Assembly (NCBI GenBank): GCA_963783375.1 | Contig: CAWANH010000029.1 | Span: 480,001 to 544,000, forward strand | Direction of reading: 5' to 3' | Source of the DNA: Candidatus Eiseniibacteriota bacterium | GTDB lineage: Bacteria; Eisenbacteria; RBG-16-71-46; JABDJR01 | Length of the DNA: 64,000 nucleotides | Shown: piece by piece, positions 1-9,485 of the stretch | How the letters are laid out: every line of letters begins with the position of its first letter | Position numbering within the stretch: position 1 is the first letter of the stretch | Position numbers and translations under genes: made by a program | Notes under the pieces: generated by a model | What the model was told of the DNA's origin: nothing | The model's database searches: none | Seen by the model: only the letters and a program-made list of their open reading frames with translations

Positions 1-60
1 GACCCCTGCCCCTGCGGAAGCGGGAAGAAATACAAGAAATGCCACGGCGCGGGGGGGTGA
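1..60 (+). CDS. secA: C-terminal end of a SEC-C motif protein, most likely preprotein translocase SecA (partial)
   Basis: Translates to DPCPCGSGKKYKKCHGAGG*, the SEC-C zinc-binding motif at a protein C-terminus. Other SEC-C proteins cannot be excluded. Confidence 0.65.
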   Translation, partial: DPCPCGSGKKYKKCHGAGG

Positions 61-74
61 TCCCCCCCGTGCCG
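45..74. terminator. GC-rich hairpin between convergent genes
   Basis: cggcgcggggggg-tgat-cccccccgtgccg forms a 13-bp stem with one G-T pair, overlapping the secA stop. No U-tract. Confidence 0.45.
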
Positions 75-84
75 CGGCCCGGGT

Positions 85-918
85 TCAGAAGAGTGCCGAG
101 GAGAGCTTCCGCCGGTACTCCTGGGTGATCGGATGCTCGGGGCCGAGGAGATCGAATACCGCCAGCGACGCGCGCCGCGCGCCGTCCTCGTCCAGGCCCC
201 GGTCGCTTCTCACCACGTCCAGAAAGGCGTCGAGGGCCCGGGCGAAGTCGCCCACCGCCACCGCCTCCGCCCCCTCCCGGTAGCGGGTCGCCACCTCGGG
301 ACTTCCTCCGCCGGGCCCCTCGAACCCCGGGAGCCCGCGCGTCCACCCCACCAGCCGGGCCAGGACCCGGAGGTTTTCGGCTTCCGGGTAGACCGGATCG
401 CCGTCGGCGACCGGATCCAGGATCTCCCGCACCCGGGCCGGATCGGCGGGGAACCGGAGACGGGCGAAGAGGAGCCTGGCATCGCCGTCGGCGGGGTCGG
501 CGGCCAGCGCGCTCTCCAGGAGGCGCGCCGCCTCGTCCCGCCGCCCTTCGGCCAGGGCCGCTCGGGCCGACTCCACCACCCCGGGCTCCATCCCGGGAAG
601 ATGTTCGGTCAGCCAGGAACGGACCTGGTCCTCGGGGAGCGCGCCGCTGAACGCGTCCACCGGCTCGCCCCCCTCGAACAGGATCACGGTGGGAATGCCG
701 GTGATGCCGAAGGCCCCGGCCACGTCGGGATGGGCCTCGGTGTCCACCTTGACCAGGTCCCATGCCCCCGCGGCCTCATCGGCCAGTTTCTCCAGGGTCG
801 GACCGAGGATGCGACAGGGCCCGCACCACGCCGCCCAGAAGTCCACCACCACCGGAACCGTGCGGCTCCGGTCGAGGACCTCCTTGGCGAAATCGGCTTT
901 CAGATCGAGCACCGCCAT
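85..918 (-). CDS. cnoX: Thioredoxin-TPR chaperedoxin (CnoX/YbbN family)
   Basis: N-terminal Trx domain VVVDFWAAWCGPC, then helical TPR region, ending in the family-typical YRRKLSSALF. Confidence 0.85.
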   Translation of the reverse strand: MAVLDLKADFAKEVLDRSRTVPVVVDFWAAWCGPCRILGPTLEKLADEAAGAWDLVKVDTEAHPDVAGAFGITGIPTVILFEGGEPVDAFSGALPEDQVRSWLTEHLPGMEPGVVESARAALAEGRRDEAARLLESALAADPADGDARLLFARLRFPADPARVREILDPVADGDPVYPEAENLRVLARLVGWTRGLPGFEGPGGGSPEVATRYREGAEAVAVGDFARALDAFLDVVRSDRGLDEDGARRASLAVFDLLGPEHPITQEYRRKLSSALF

Positions 919-939
919 GAACGCCTCACCGCCTTCCGG

Positions 940-1650
940 CTACTTCAGGACCGTGGCCTTCTTGATGTAGTCGAGCTTGGGGAAATCGCCGGCCAGGTAC
1001 TCGTTCCCCCGGGTCATGATGAGCCCCTGGCTCGGGCCCTTTCCCCGGGGCGCGCCTTCGCCGTAGCCCCCGTAGAGGGAGTCCACCACGTCCATCCCCT
1101 CCACCACGTGTCCGAACGGGGCGAAGCCCTGCTTGTCCAGCCCGCCGTTGGCCTTGAAGTTGATGAAGAACTGGGTGGTGCGCGAGTTCGGCCGTCCGGT
1201 CATGGCGAAGGTGATCGTCCCGCGGGCGTTGGTGGTCTTGACCGGATCGTCGGGAATGCCCGCGTCGGTCCAGGCCTGGTTCAGGGCGGGGTCGCCGCTC
1301 ATCCCGAACTGGGCCATGAACCCGGGGATGACCCGGAAGAAGCGGACCTCGTTGAACCAGCCGTTCCGGACGAGGTTGTAGAACCGGTCGGCGCCGTGGG
1401 GCGAGAGGGCCCGGTCGACCTCGACCACGATGTCCCCCTTGGTGGTCTCGAACTTGACCTGGAAGGAGTCGGGAGCGGTCTTGTTCATCTCCGGCGACTT
1501 GGGGTCGAGGAGCGGACTCTTGGCCTTGGCCACCTCCGCCATCCTGGGGGCGGGCTTCTGCGCGGGCTTCCCCGATTCCTGGGCCAGGGCGGGGAGGGCA
1601 GCCAGAGCCAGGACGGCGCCGGCGAGGAGGAGCGAATGAATCCGTTTCAT
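940..1650 (-). CDS. Exported cyclophilin-type peptidyl-prolyl cis-trans isomerase
   Basis: Motifs FFRVIPGFMAQFG, NARGTITFA, TTQFFIN, FGHVVEGMDVVD. Signal peptide MKRIHSLLLAGAVLALAALPALA from ATG 1650. Confidence 0.9.
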   Translation of the reverse strand: MKRIHSLLLAGAVLALAALPALAQESGKPAQKPAPRMAEVAKAKSPLLDPKSPEMNKTAPDSFQVKFETTKGDIVVEVDRALSPHGADRFYNLVRNGWFNEVRFFRVIPGFMAQFGMSGDPALNQAWTDAGIPDDPVKTTNARGTITFAMTGRPNSRTTQFFINFKANGGLDKQGFAPFGHVVEGMDVVDSLYGGYGEGAPRGKGPSQGLIMTRGNEYLAGDFPKLDYIKKATVLK

Positions 1651-1839
1651 GGTTTCCTTTCCTTGCATCGGGGTTCGAAGAGGTTCCAAGTCCGTACCGC
1701 CGGCTCCCGCGGCGGATTCCCGGCCGGACGTCCGAGGACGCCGATCCGGCGCGGGAGGGCGGTCGAACCCGACCGCGAAGTATAGCAAGCGCCGCCGTGC
1801 CGGCTAGGCCCGCGCGTGGCCTCCTGGTATCCTGCCCGG

Positions 1840-2757
1840 ATGCAGACGCGCGTTCCCGTCTTCCTGGACTATCTCCGGTCCGCCCGGCGCTACTCGCCGC
1901 ACACCGTGGCCGCCTACCGCCGGGACCTGGCCGATTTCGAGCGCTTCCTCGCCGGCCGCCGCGGAGAGTCCCCGCGGGCGGAGTCGGTGACCGAGGAGGA
2001 CGTCCGCCACTACCTGCGCCAGCTCACCCGCCGCGGTCTCGCCGCCCGCACCGTGGCCCGCCGCCTGGCCAGCCTCAAGGCCTTCCGGAAGTACCTGGAG
2101 CGGCGGGGCGCCGCCGCCCCGGAGCTGGGCCCGGACCTCAAGGGGCCCAAGCTCCCCAAGCGCCTGCCGCCTTTCCTGAGCGAGGGGGAACTGGCCGGCC
2201 TCCTGGACGGCCCGGGCTGGGAGGACGAGGCGCGGCCCGTTCGCGACCGGGCCATCCTGGAGCTCTTCTACGGCACCGGCATCCGCCTCTCCGAGCTGGT
2301 GGGGCTCCGGGTGCGGGACCTCGATCTTTCTGCCGGCCTGATCCAGGTGCGGGGGAAGGGGAACCGCGAGCGGCGGGTCCCGGTAGGGGAGAAGGCCCTG
2401 GAAGCCCTGGCCGCCTACCGCGCGGAGATCGCCGCCGCCGAGGCCTCGGCCCGCGCGCCGGAGAGCCCGGTCTTTCCCGGACGGAAGGGAGCGATCTCCC
2501 CCCGCACCGTCCAGCGCATCGTGACCCACCATCTCCGGCGGATCGCCCGGCGGGCCCGGCTCTCGCCGCATCTCCTGCGGCATACCTTCGCCACCCATCT
2601 CCTGGACCGCGGGGCCGACCTCCGCGCCGTCCAGGAACTCCTGGGACACGCCTCGTTGGGCAGCACCCAGATCTACACCCACATCACCATGGACCGGCTC
2701 CGCTCCGCGCACGCCCTGGCGCATCCGCGGGGGAGCGGCAAGGACGGGGGCTCATGA
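1840..2757 (+). CDS. xerC: Tyrosine recombinase XerC
   Basis: RDRAILELFYGTGIRLSEL, GKGNRER, HLLRHTFATHLLDRGADLRAVQELLGHASLGSTQIYTH. Start taken at ATG 1840. Confidence 0.85.
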   Translation: MQTRVPVFLDYLRSARRYSPHTVAAYRRDLADFERFLAGRRGESPRAESVTEEDVRHYLRQLTRRGLAARTVARRLASLKAFRKYLERRGAAAPELGPDLKGPKLPKRLPPFLSEGELAGLLDGPGWEDEARPVRDRAILELFYGTGIRLSELVGLRVRDLDLSAGLIQVRGKGNRERRVPVGEKALEALAAYRAEIAAAEASARAPESPVFPGRKGAISPRTVQRIVTHHLRRIARRARLSPHLLRHTFATHLLDRGADLRAVQELLGHASLGSTQIYTHITMDRLRSAHALAHPRGSGKDGGS

Positions 2758-3680
2758 GCAAACGCGATTTCCTGACCGTGACCGATCTCACCACCGCCGA
2801 ACTCGAGGACACGCTCGAGCTGGCCGCGACCCTGAAACGCGAGCACCGGGAGGGACGGCAACGCACCCCGATGCGGGGCAAGGTGCTCGGGCTCGTCTTC
2901 CACAAGCCGAGCCTTCGCACCCGGGTCTCCTTCGAGAGCGGCTTCGCGCGGTTGGGGGGCTACGCCATCTACATCTCCAGCCAGGAGATCGGTATGGGCA
3001 CCCGGGAATCGGTGGGGGACATCGCGCGGGTGCTCTCCCGCTACGTGGACGGGATCATGATCCGCACCTTCTCCCACGCCTGGGTGGAGGAGCTGGCCAC
3101 CGAGGCCACCGTCCCCATCGTGAACGGGCTCACCGACAGTTTCCACCCCTGCCAGATCCTGGCCGATCTGCAGACGGTGAGGGAGAGTTTTCCGGCCCTG
3201 GAGGGCCGCCGGGTGGTGTTCGTGGGGGACGGCAACAACGTGGCCCGGTCGTGGATGAACGCGGCCCGGCGGCTGCCGTTCCAGCTCGTCCTGGCCTGCC
3301 CCGAGGGCTACGAGCCCGACGCGGAGTTCCTGGCTGAAGTGCGGAACGACACCGGAGACCGGGTCCGGATCGTTCACGACCCCGCCCGGGCGGTGGACGG
3401 CGCCCACGTGATCTACACCGACGTCTGGGCCTCCATGGGGCAGGAGCAGGAGAAGGAGGCGCGGGCCAGGATCTTCGAGCCCTTCCAGGTGAATGCGAAG
3501 CTCCTGGCCGGGGCGGCCGGGGACGCGATCGTGCTCCACTGCCTGCCGGCCCACCGGGGGGACGAGATCACCGATGAGGTGCTCGACGGACCCCGCTCCC
3601 GGGTGTTCGACCAGGCCGAAAACCGGATGCACGCCCAGAACGCGCTCCTCGTCCGCCTTCTGGCCGAGCCCTGGCGCTGA
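2754..3680 (+). CDS. argF: Ornithine carbamoyltransferase
   Basis: PSLRTRVSF, NGLTDSFHPCQ, YTDVWASMG, HCLPAHRG. ATGA overlap with the xerC stop. Confidence 0.92.
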   Translation: MSKRDFLTVTDLTTAELEDTLELAATLKREHREGRQRTPMRGKVLGLVFHKPSLRTRVSFESGFARLGGYAIYISSQEIGMGTRESVGDIARVLSRYVDGIMIRTFSHAWVEELATEATVPIVNGLTDSFHPCQILADLQTVRESFPALEGRRVVFVGDGNNVARSWMNAARRLPFQLVLACPEGYEPDAEFLAEVRNDTGDRVRIVHDPARAVDGAHVIYTDVWASMGQEQEKEARARIFEPFQVNAKLLAGAAGDAIVLHCLPAHRGDEITDEVLDGPRSRVFDQAENRMHAQNALLVRLLAEPWR

Positions 3681-3769
3681 TTCCCGCGATGCGCCGGATC
3701 TCCGACGGGGAGGTGGACGGGAGCGGGGTCGCTCCACCCCAGGGCGCCGGGCACCCGGGGCGGCGCGCG

Positions 3770-4837
3770 ATGGGGTTCACCGGAGCCACGGCGGTCCTGG
3801 TGGCGCTGGCCGCCTGCGCCCGGCCCGGCCTCCCCCCCGGCGGCCCCGCCGACGTCACCCCGCCCCGCGTGGTCGCGGTCACCCCCGAGAGCCTGGCCGT
3901 GAACGTGCCGGTGAACGCCCCGATCGTCGTCACCTTCAGCGAGCGGGTGGACCGCACGAACCTGGAGTCCGCGATCTGGGTCACCCCCCGGGGGCTGGTG
4001 AAGCCCAAGCTGTCCTACGACGGCGAGTCGGTCCGGATCGAGTCGGCGGCTCCGTTTCCCGAGTCGACCACGGTCGGGGTGCTCCTCACCACGGTGATCA
4101 AGGACCGGCGTCGGGGCACCGCCCAGAACGTGCTTCAGCGCCCCCATCGCTGGGTCTTCTCGACCGGGGACTCGATCTGGCCGGGCCGGGTGTCGGGGAA
4201 GGTGGACCAGGTGGGGATGACCGGCCCCGGGGGGACCGCGCGGGGTCAGGTTCTGGTGGCGCTCTATCCCGGCGATGCGGACACCGTGCCTGCGCCCGGG
4301 TCCATGCCGCCCACCGCGATCACCCAGGCGCTGGCCGACGGGAGCTACCTCATGAACGGCCTTCCCGTCGACGGTCGCCGGCGCTGGCTCATCGCCATGC
4401 TGGACCTGAACGGGAACCGCGAGATCTCGGGGTCGGGGGAGTTTGCGAGCGCCAGCCCGGAGTCGGTAGTGTTGACTCCGGATCGCCCCGACACCGTGGT
4501 GGCGCTTCGCCTGGTGAACCCCGCTGCCCCCGGCGAGGTGAGCGGGTCCTTCACCCGCGCCCCGGGGGACACGGTGGACCTGTGGACGGCGCTGTTCGAG
4601 GTCGGAGCCGATTCCACCGCCCGTCCCTCGGTCCAGGCCCGCGTGGACTCCACCGGGAGCTTCACCGCGACCCGGGTCCCTCCGGGGGAGTACCGGCTCC
4701 GGGCGTTCTGCGACGCGGACCGGAACGGGAAGCGCGGCCGGGAGGAGCCGTGGACGGTCTACAGCATCCGGGTCACGGTCGAGCCGGCGTCGAAGTTCGA
4801 CGTGGGGACCCTGACCCCGCCGGATTGTCGCCGATGA
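3770..4837 (+). CDS. Lipoprotein with bacterial Ig-like (Big_5-like) domain
   Basis: Lipobox LAAC followed by ARPGLPPGGPADVTPPRV and VTFSERV; DxNGN/DxDRNG Ca-binding-like loops. Start uncertain (3689 or 3770). Confidence 0.7.
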   Translation: MGFTGATAVLVALAACARPGLPPGGPADVTPPRVVAVTPESLAVNVPVNAPIVVTFSERVDRTNLESAIWVTPRGLVKPKLSYDGESVRIESAAPFPESTTVGVLLTTVIKDRRRGTAQNVLQRPHRWVFSTGDSIWPGRVSGKVDQVGMTGPGGTARGQVLVALYPGDADTVPAPGSMPPTAITQALADGSYLMNGLPVDGRRRWLIAMLDLNGNREISGSGEFASASPESVVLTPDRPDTVVALRLVNPAAPGEVSGSFTRAPGDTVDLWTALFEVGADSTARPSVQARVDSTGSFTATRVPPGEYRLRAFCDADRNGKRGREEPWTVYSIRVTVEPASKFDVGTLTPPDCRR

Positions 4838-4928
4838 GCCGCGGGGAATGCCCGCGACCGATTCAATCTACCGCGCCCGGGGCGATTCCCGGGGCCGCGG
4901 TCGCCGCCTCGAGGCCGGAAGGGAGGTC

Positions 4929-5810
4929 ATGATGTTCGAAGGTATATCGGTAGCCCTGGTCACCCCGTTCAGGAACGGTGAGGTGGACGAGGACGCGCTT
5001 CGCGGGCTCGTGCGCCACGTGCTGGGACAAGGCGTGGATGGACTGGTGCCGACCGGTTCCACCGGCGAAGCCGCCGCGCTCACGGAACAGGAACGGGAGC
5101 GGGTTTGGCGCATCGTGGTGGAGGAAGCGAAGGGAAAGGCGTTCGTGGTGGCGGGCACCGGCACCAACGTCACCCGCACCTCGATCGAGATCACCCGGCG
5201 GGCGGCGGAGCTGGGGGTGGACGGCTGCATGCTTTCGGCGCCCTACTACAACAAGCCGACCCCGAAGGGGCTCGTGGCGCACTTCACCGCGGTGGCCGAG
5301 GCGGTGGACGTTCCCCTTGTGGTCTACAACGTCCCCGGACGGACCGCGGTGAACATTCTGCCCGCCACGGTGATCGAGCTGGCGCGCCACCCGCGGATTC
5401 GGGCGGTCAAGGAGGCCTCGGGGTCCCTGGACCAGGCCACCGAGATCCTGGCCGGTTGCGACATCACCGTGCTCTCCGGAGACGACTCGCTGACCCTGCC
5501 CATGGTCGCGGTCGGGGCCAAGGGAGTGGTCTCGGTGGCCGGACACCTGGTGGGGCGAGAGATGAAGGAGATGCTCACCCTGGCCGCGGCGGGGAAGCCG
5601 GCCGAGGCCGCGGCCATTCATCGCCGCATCTTCCCCCTGATCAAGGCGCTCTTCCTGGAGTCCAACCCCGCCCCGCTCAAAGCGGCTCTGGCCCGGTTGG
5701 GGATCATCTCGAACGAGCTCCGGCTTCCGCTGGTGCCGGTGGGGGAGGGGACGGCCGAGGCTCTTGCCCGGGCCATGGATGCCCTGGGGATTGCGGCGGT
5801 TCGGGCGTAA
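4929..5810 (+). CDS. dapA: 4-hydroxy-tetrahydrodipicolinate synthase
   Basis: ALVTPF, GSTGE, PYYNKP, YNVPGRT, VKEASG, LSGDD, ESNPAP. SD GGAGGT upstream. Confidence 0.95.
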   Translation: MMFEGISVALVTPFRNGEVDEDALRGLVRHVLGQGVDGLVPTGSTGEAAALTEQERERVWRIVVEEAKGKAFVVAGTGTNVTRTSIEITRRAAELGVDGCMLSAPYYNKPTPKGLVAHFTAVAEAVDVPLVVYNVPGRTAVNILPATVIELARHPRIRAVKEASGSLDQATEILAGCDITVLSGDDSLTLPMVAVGAKGVVSVAGHLVGREMKEMLTLAAAGKPAEAAAIHRRIFPLIKALFLESNPAPLKAALARLGIISNELRLPLVPVGEGTAEALARAMDALGIAAVRA

Positions 5811-5897
5811 GGCGGCCCGCGGACGGGGAACGGACGACTTACCGGGATCCCGGCCCCCCCGTCGGGGGGCTATCGCCGTCCGTCCGGACCCGGAGGA

Positions 5898-6152
5898 TCA
5901 GGAGGCGGGGGTCTTGACCACGCGGCGGGCGGTACGGGACTTGAGCCGGTTGGCGCGAGCCTTGGGAATGATCCCCTTTCGGACGGCGACATCGAGCTGG
6001 CTGTAGACCTCGGGGACCCCCACCGAGCCCCCGTCCTCTCCGGTGCGATTCCGCTTCAACTGCTTGCGCAGATTGGACTTGACCGCGGTATTCCGCTGGC
6101 GGGACTTCTCGTTGGTCTTGAGCCGTTTGGTAGCCGACTTGTGGTGCGGCAT
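5898..6152 (-). CDS. rpsT: 30S ribosomal protein S20
   Basis: MPHHKSATKR...RN..KS, LDVAVRKGII..ANRLKSR. Confidence 0.92.
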   Translation of the reverse strand: MPHHKSATKRLKTNEKSRQRNTAVKSNLRKQLKRNRTGEDGGSVGVPEVYSQLDVAVRKGIIPKARANRLKSRTARRVVKTPAS

Positions 6153-6209
6153 GAAATTCCTCCGTATCGGCGGGGAATCGACGCTCCCGCCCGTTTGAAA
6201 CGAGGGGGG

Positions 6210-6238
6210 AGTCTAGCAACCGGGAAACCCCCTGTCAA
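6210..6238 (-). promoter_or_regulatory. sigma70-type promoter of rpsT
   Basis: On the minus strand TTGACA - 17 nt - TAGACT, about 60 nt upstream of the rpsT ATG. Confidence 0.8.
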
Positions 6239-6321
6239 ACCCACGGTTCCTTCAAGATGGGGCCCCCCAGGCCGATACCTGGGACAGGAACACCGTCGGT
6301 CCTTGTTGACCTGGGACACCC

Positions 6322-9300
6322 ATGGCGCATACCCAAAAACCCACGCACGAGCCGTCTCCGCCGACTGCCTTCGGGGCCGGGGGCGGCGTCCCCCTGCTTC
6401 ATCCCCAGGAGACACTCCAGTCCCTGCTGAACGCGTTGAGGGACGAGATCGGCTGCGAGCGGGTCTCGGTGGCAATGAACCAGGTGGACGAGGGCCGGCT
6501 GCACCACCGCATCCTGGCCGCGAGCGGGGATGCGCCCCTGTTTCCCGCCGGGTGGGTCCGGGAAGATCCCGAGGTCCTGGACGCGGGCGAGATCCCCGCC
6601 TACGTCGAGGAACAGGTCCACCTGGATCTGGCCGCGGAGGAGAACCGGCATCCGTTGGAAGACGTGCTGGTCGCCGCCGGCTACGGTTCCTACGCCCTGT
6701 TTCCCCTCATCAGCGAAGGCAAACCGTTCGGCACCCTGCATCTGGTGAGCCGGCGGCCCGGGTTCTTCACCGACCCGGTACGGGAGCGCGCCCGGGCGTC
6801 CCTGGAAGCTCTGGCCGCGGTGACCCAGCACCTGGTGCTCCTTCGCCGCCATCGTCAGCAATCACACTTTCTCGCCATCGCCCAGGAGCTCATCGAGGAT
6901 CTGGGGGCGGTCACGCGCATTCGCGAGACCTGCCAGTACATCACCCGCCGCATGACCGAGCTCCTGGACGTGGACCGCGCCGCCCTCTACCTGGTGAACG
7001 GGGAGGCCACCTGGCTCACCTGCGAAGCGCTCCAGGACCGGGCCGACGACGGGGGGAGCGACCACGGGCTCCTGCCCAGCCTCCGGATCGAGAGCACTCC
7101 GGTCCTCGGCAGGGTCCTGAAGGGCACGCCCATCTCGCTCATGGATCCCTCGGAGCAGCTGGCCCTGCCCCAGGCGGTGAGCGAACGGCTGGGCCTCCAG
7201 GATACCGGCGCTCTACTTCTGGTTCCGATCCTCCAGGGGGAATCCCCCATGGGGGTGCTCCTCTGCCAGCGCCGGGAAACCCGTCCGATCATCCTCTCCG
7301 AGGAGAAGGATTCGGTCCGCCTCCTCGGGCACCAGATCGGCCTCATCCTTCACAGCCGCCAGGCGGTGGAGAGCCGGGAGCGGAGTGCGAAGAACTTCGC
7401 CGAACTCCTGGACATGAGTCACGCCGTGAGTTCCACCGTGGACCTGAGCCAGGTGCCGGGGGTGGTGGCCCGCCGGGCCCGGGATCTCTGCGAAGCCGAC
7501 GAAGCCACCCTGTTCCTGCTCGAGCCGGACGGGGTCACGCTCCGACCGGCGGTCTGTCTGGGGGCCTACACCGAGCAGGTGATGAAGGTCCGCCTCCGGG
7601 TGGGGGAGGGAATCACCGGCACGGTGGCCGCGCGGCGAAAGGGCGAGATCATCAACCGGGCGGAGCTCGATCCCCGCTCCATGCAGATCCCGGACACCCC
7701 GCTGGAACCCGAGGCCGTTCTGGCCGTGCCCCTGGTGAGCGGCGACCGTCTGGAAGGGGTCCTCACCCTGCACAAGCTCGAAGGCCGGACCTTCGACCCC
7801 GTGGATCTGGATACGGTGGAGATCTTCTCCAGCGCCGCGGCCATCGCCATCGCGAACGCGCGGCTCTTCGCGGGCATTCGGGAGGAACGCACCCGGTTGA
7901 TCACCATGCTTCACCACATGGAGGAGGGGGTGATCTTTGCGGGAAAGAACGGCAACGTCCTCCTGCTCAACACCGCCGCCCGGCGCATGCTGAACCTGCG
8001 GGAAGGAGAGTATGAGGGGAAACCCCTCGCCGATCTTCTCCAGGGACCGGATTTCCAGGTGGTGCGGGAAGCTCTCGACCGGGTACGGGCGGAAGAGGAG
8101 CGGAACGTAACCCAGGAGTACACCATCCGCGGTCGCACCTCCCTCTGCTCGGTGTCCTCGGTGCACACCGGGGATGAGGACGATCGGTTGGGGGAGGTCC
8201 TCCTGTTCAAGGATGTGACCGACCTCAAGGAGATCGAGAACCAGCTACTCCAGTCCAGCAAGATGTCCGCAGTGGGACAGCTTGCCGCCGGGGTGGCCCA
8301 CGAGTTCAACAACCTCATCGCCTCGATCTACGGTTATGCCCAGTTCATGAAGGAGCACAAGGATCCGGCGGTGGTCGAGAAGGGCGTCGACGTGATCCTG
8401 CGCTCCTCGGAGCGGGCGCGGGAGCTGACCTCGAGCCTCCTCACCTTCAGTCGCCGGCGACCCGGACGGCGGGAGCCGGTGGACCTGAACCAGATTCTCA
8501 CCGACACCCTCCTGCTCCTGAACCGCCAGTTCGAGAAGTCGGGGATCCGGGTGGAACGTGAGGCCGGCCGGCTCCCCCTGACCGTGGCCGATCCCGGGAA
8601 GATGCAGCAGGTCCTGCTGAACCTCCTCATCAACGCCCAGCAGGCCATGGCCGGCGGCGGAAAACTCACCGTCCGAACCGGCGTCGAAGGGGGGAACCTG
8701 GAAATCCGGGTCGACGACACCGGCCCCGGAATCAAGGCCGAGCACCTGGCACGGATTTTCGAACCGTTCTTCACCACCAAGGGGGCCCTGTCCGGGGCCA
8801 AGACCCCGGGCACCGGTCTGGGCCTCTCCACCGCCTACAACATCGTCCGCGATCACGGGGGAACCATCCGGGTGAACAGCGCTCCCGGGGCCGGCGCCTC
8901 TTTCGTGGTGACCCTCCCCACCCGCACCCTTCACGAGCGGCGGGAGGAAGAAGAGGGCCCCCGGCTTCCCCGGAGCCTGGGCGCCACCGGGCGCATCCTG
9001 GTGGTGGACGACGACGCCACCCTCCGGGAACTGGTGGGGGAGATCCTGCAAGGGCTGGGGCACCAGATAGAGTACGCGGGAGAGGGTCTCCGCGCCGCCC
9101 ACCTCCTGGAGCACGAGGCCACCGACCTGCTCATCATCAGCCAGGCCCTGAGCGGGCTCGACAGCATGGAAATCTACCGGCGCGTCCGGTCCCGCCGGCC
9201 CCAGTTCCCGGTGATCTTCATCACCGACCGGACCTCGGGGACTCCCCTGGAGGCGGACGGCGACCCCTGGGTATTCCGGCTCAACAAACCCTTCCGGAAC

Positions 9301-9360
9301 CGGGACCTTATCGCCCTGGTGTCCCGGGTCCTCACCCAGAGCCTCCGCCGCGCGGGTTGA
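6322..9360 (+). CDS. Cytoplasmic hybrid sensor histidine kinase (3x GAF-PAS-HisKA-HATPase-REC-like)
   Basis: H-box GVAHEFNN, N-box QVLLNLLINA, DTGPGI, FEPFFTTK, GTGLGL. C-terminal receiver ILVVDDD...KPF with a degenerate phospho-site. Confidence 0.9.
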   Translation: MAHTQKPTHEPSPPTAFGAGGGVPLLHPQETLQSLLNALRDEIGCERVSVAMNQVDEGRLHHRILAASGDAPLFPAGWVREDPEVLDAGEIPAYVEEQVHLDLAAEENRHPLEDVLVAAGYGSYALFPLISEGKPFGTLHLVSRRPGFFTDPVRERARASLEALAAVTQHLVLLRRHRQQSHFLAIAQELIEDLGAVTRIRETCQYITRRMTELLDVDRAALYLVNGEATWLTCEALQDRADDGGSDHGLLPSLRIESTPVLGRVLKGTPISLMDPSEQLALPQAVSERLGLQDTGALLLVPILQGESPMGVLLCQRRETRPIILSEEKDSVRLLGHQIGLILHSRQAVESRERSAKNFAELLDMSHAVSSTVDLSQVPGVVARRARDLCEADEATLFLLEPDGVTLRPAVCLGAYTEQVMKVRLRVGEGITGTVAARRKGEIINRAELDPRSMQIPDTPLEPEAVLAVPLVSGDRLEGVLTLHKLEGRTFDPVDLDTVEIFSSAAAIAIANARLFAGIREERTRLITMLHHMEEGVIFAGKNGNVLLLNTAARRMLNLREGEYEGKPLADLLQGPDFQVVREALDRVRAEEERNVTQEYTIRGRTSLCSVSSVHTGDEDDRLGEVLLFKDVTDLKEIENQLLQSSKMSAVGQLAAGVAHEFNNLIASIYGYAQFMKEHKDPAVVEKGVDVILRSSERARELTSSLLTFSRRRPGRREPVDLNQILTDTLLLLNRQFEKSGIRVEREAGRLPLTVADPGKMQQVLLNLLINAQQAMAGGGKLTVRTGVEGGNLEIRVDDTGPGIKAEHLARIFEPFFTTKGALSGAKTPGTGLGLSTAYNIVRDHGGTIRVNSAPGAGASFVVTLPTRTLHERREEEEGPRLPRSLGATGRILVVDDDATLRELVGEILQGLGHQIEYAGEGLRAAHLLEHEATDLLIISQALSGLDSMEIYRRVRSRRPQFPVIFITDRTSGTPLEADGDPWVFRLNKPFRNRDLIALVSRVLTQSLRRAG

Positions 9361-9485
9361 GCCGGTCCCCCGGCGCTTCCGGCCCGATTCCTCCCCATTC
9401 GACTAGGCTCCGCTTGCCCCGTCCGGTATAATATTTGGTCACTCTTGGCGGTGCATCCCTCACCGCCGGCGAGGAAGACCACCCC

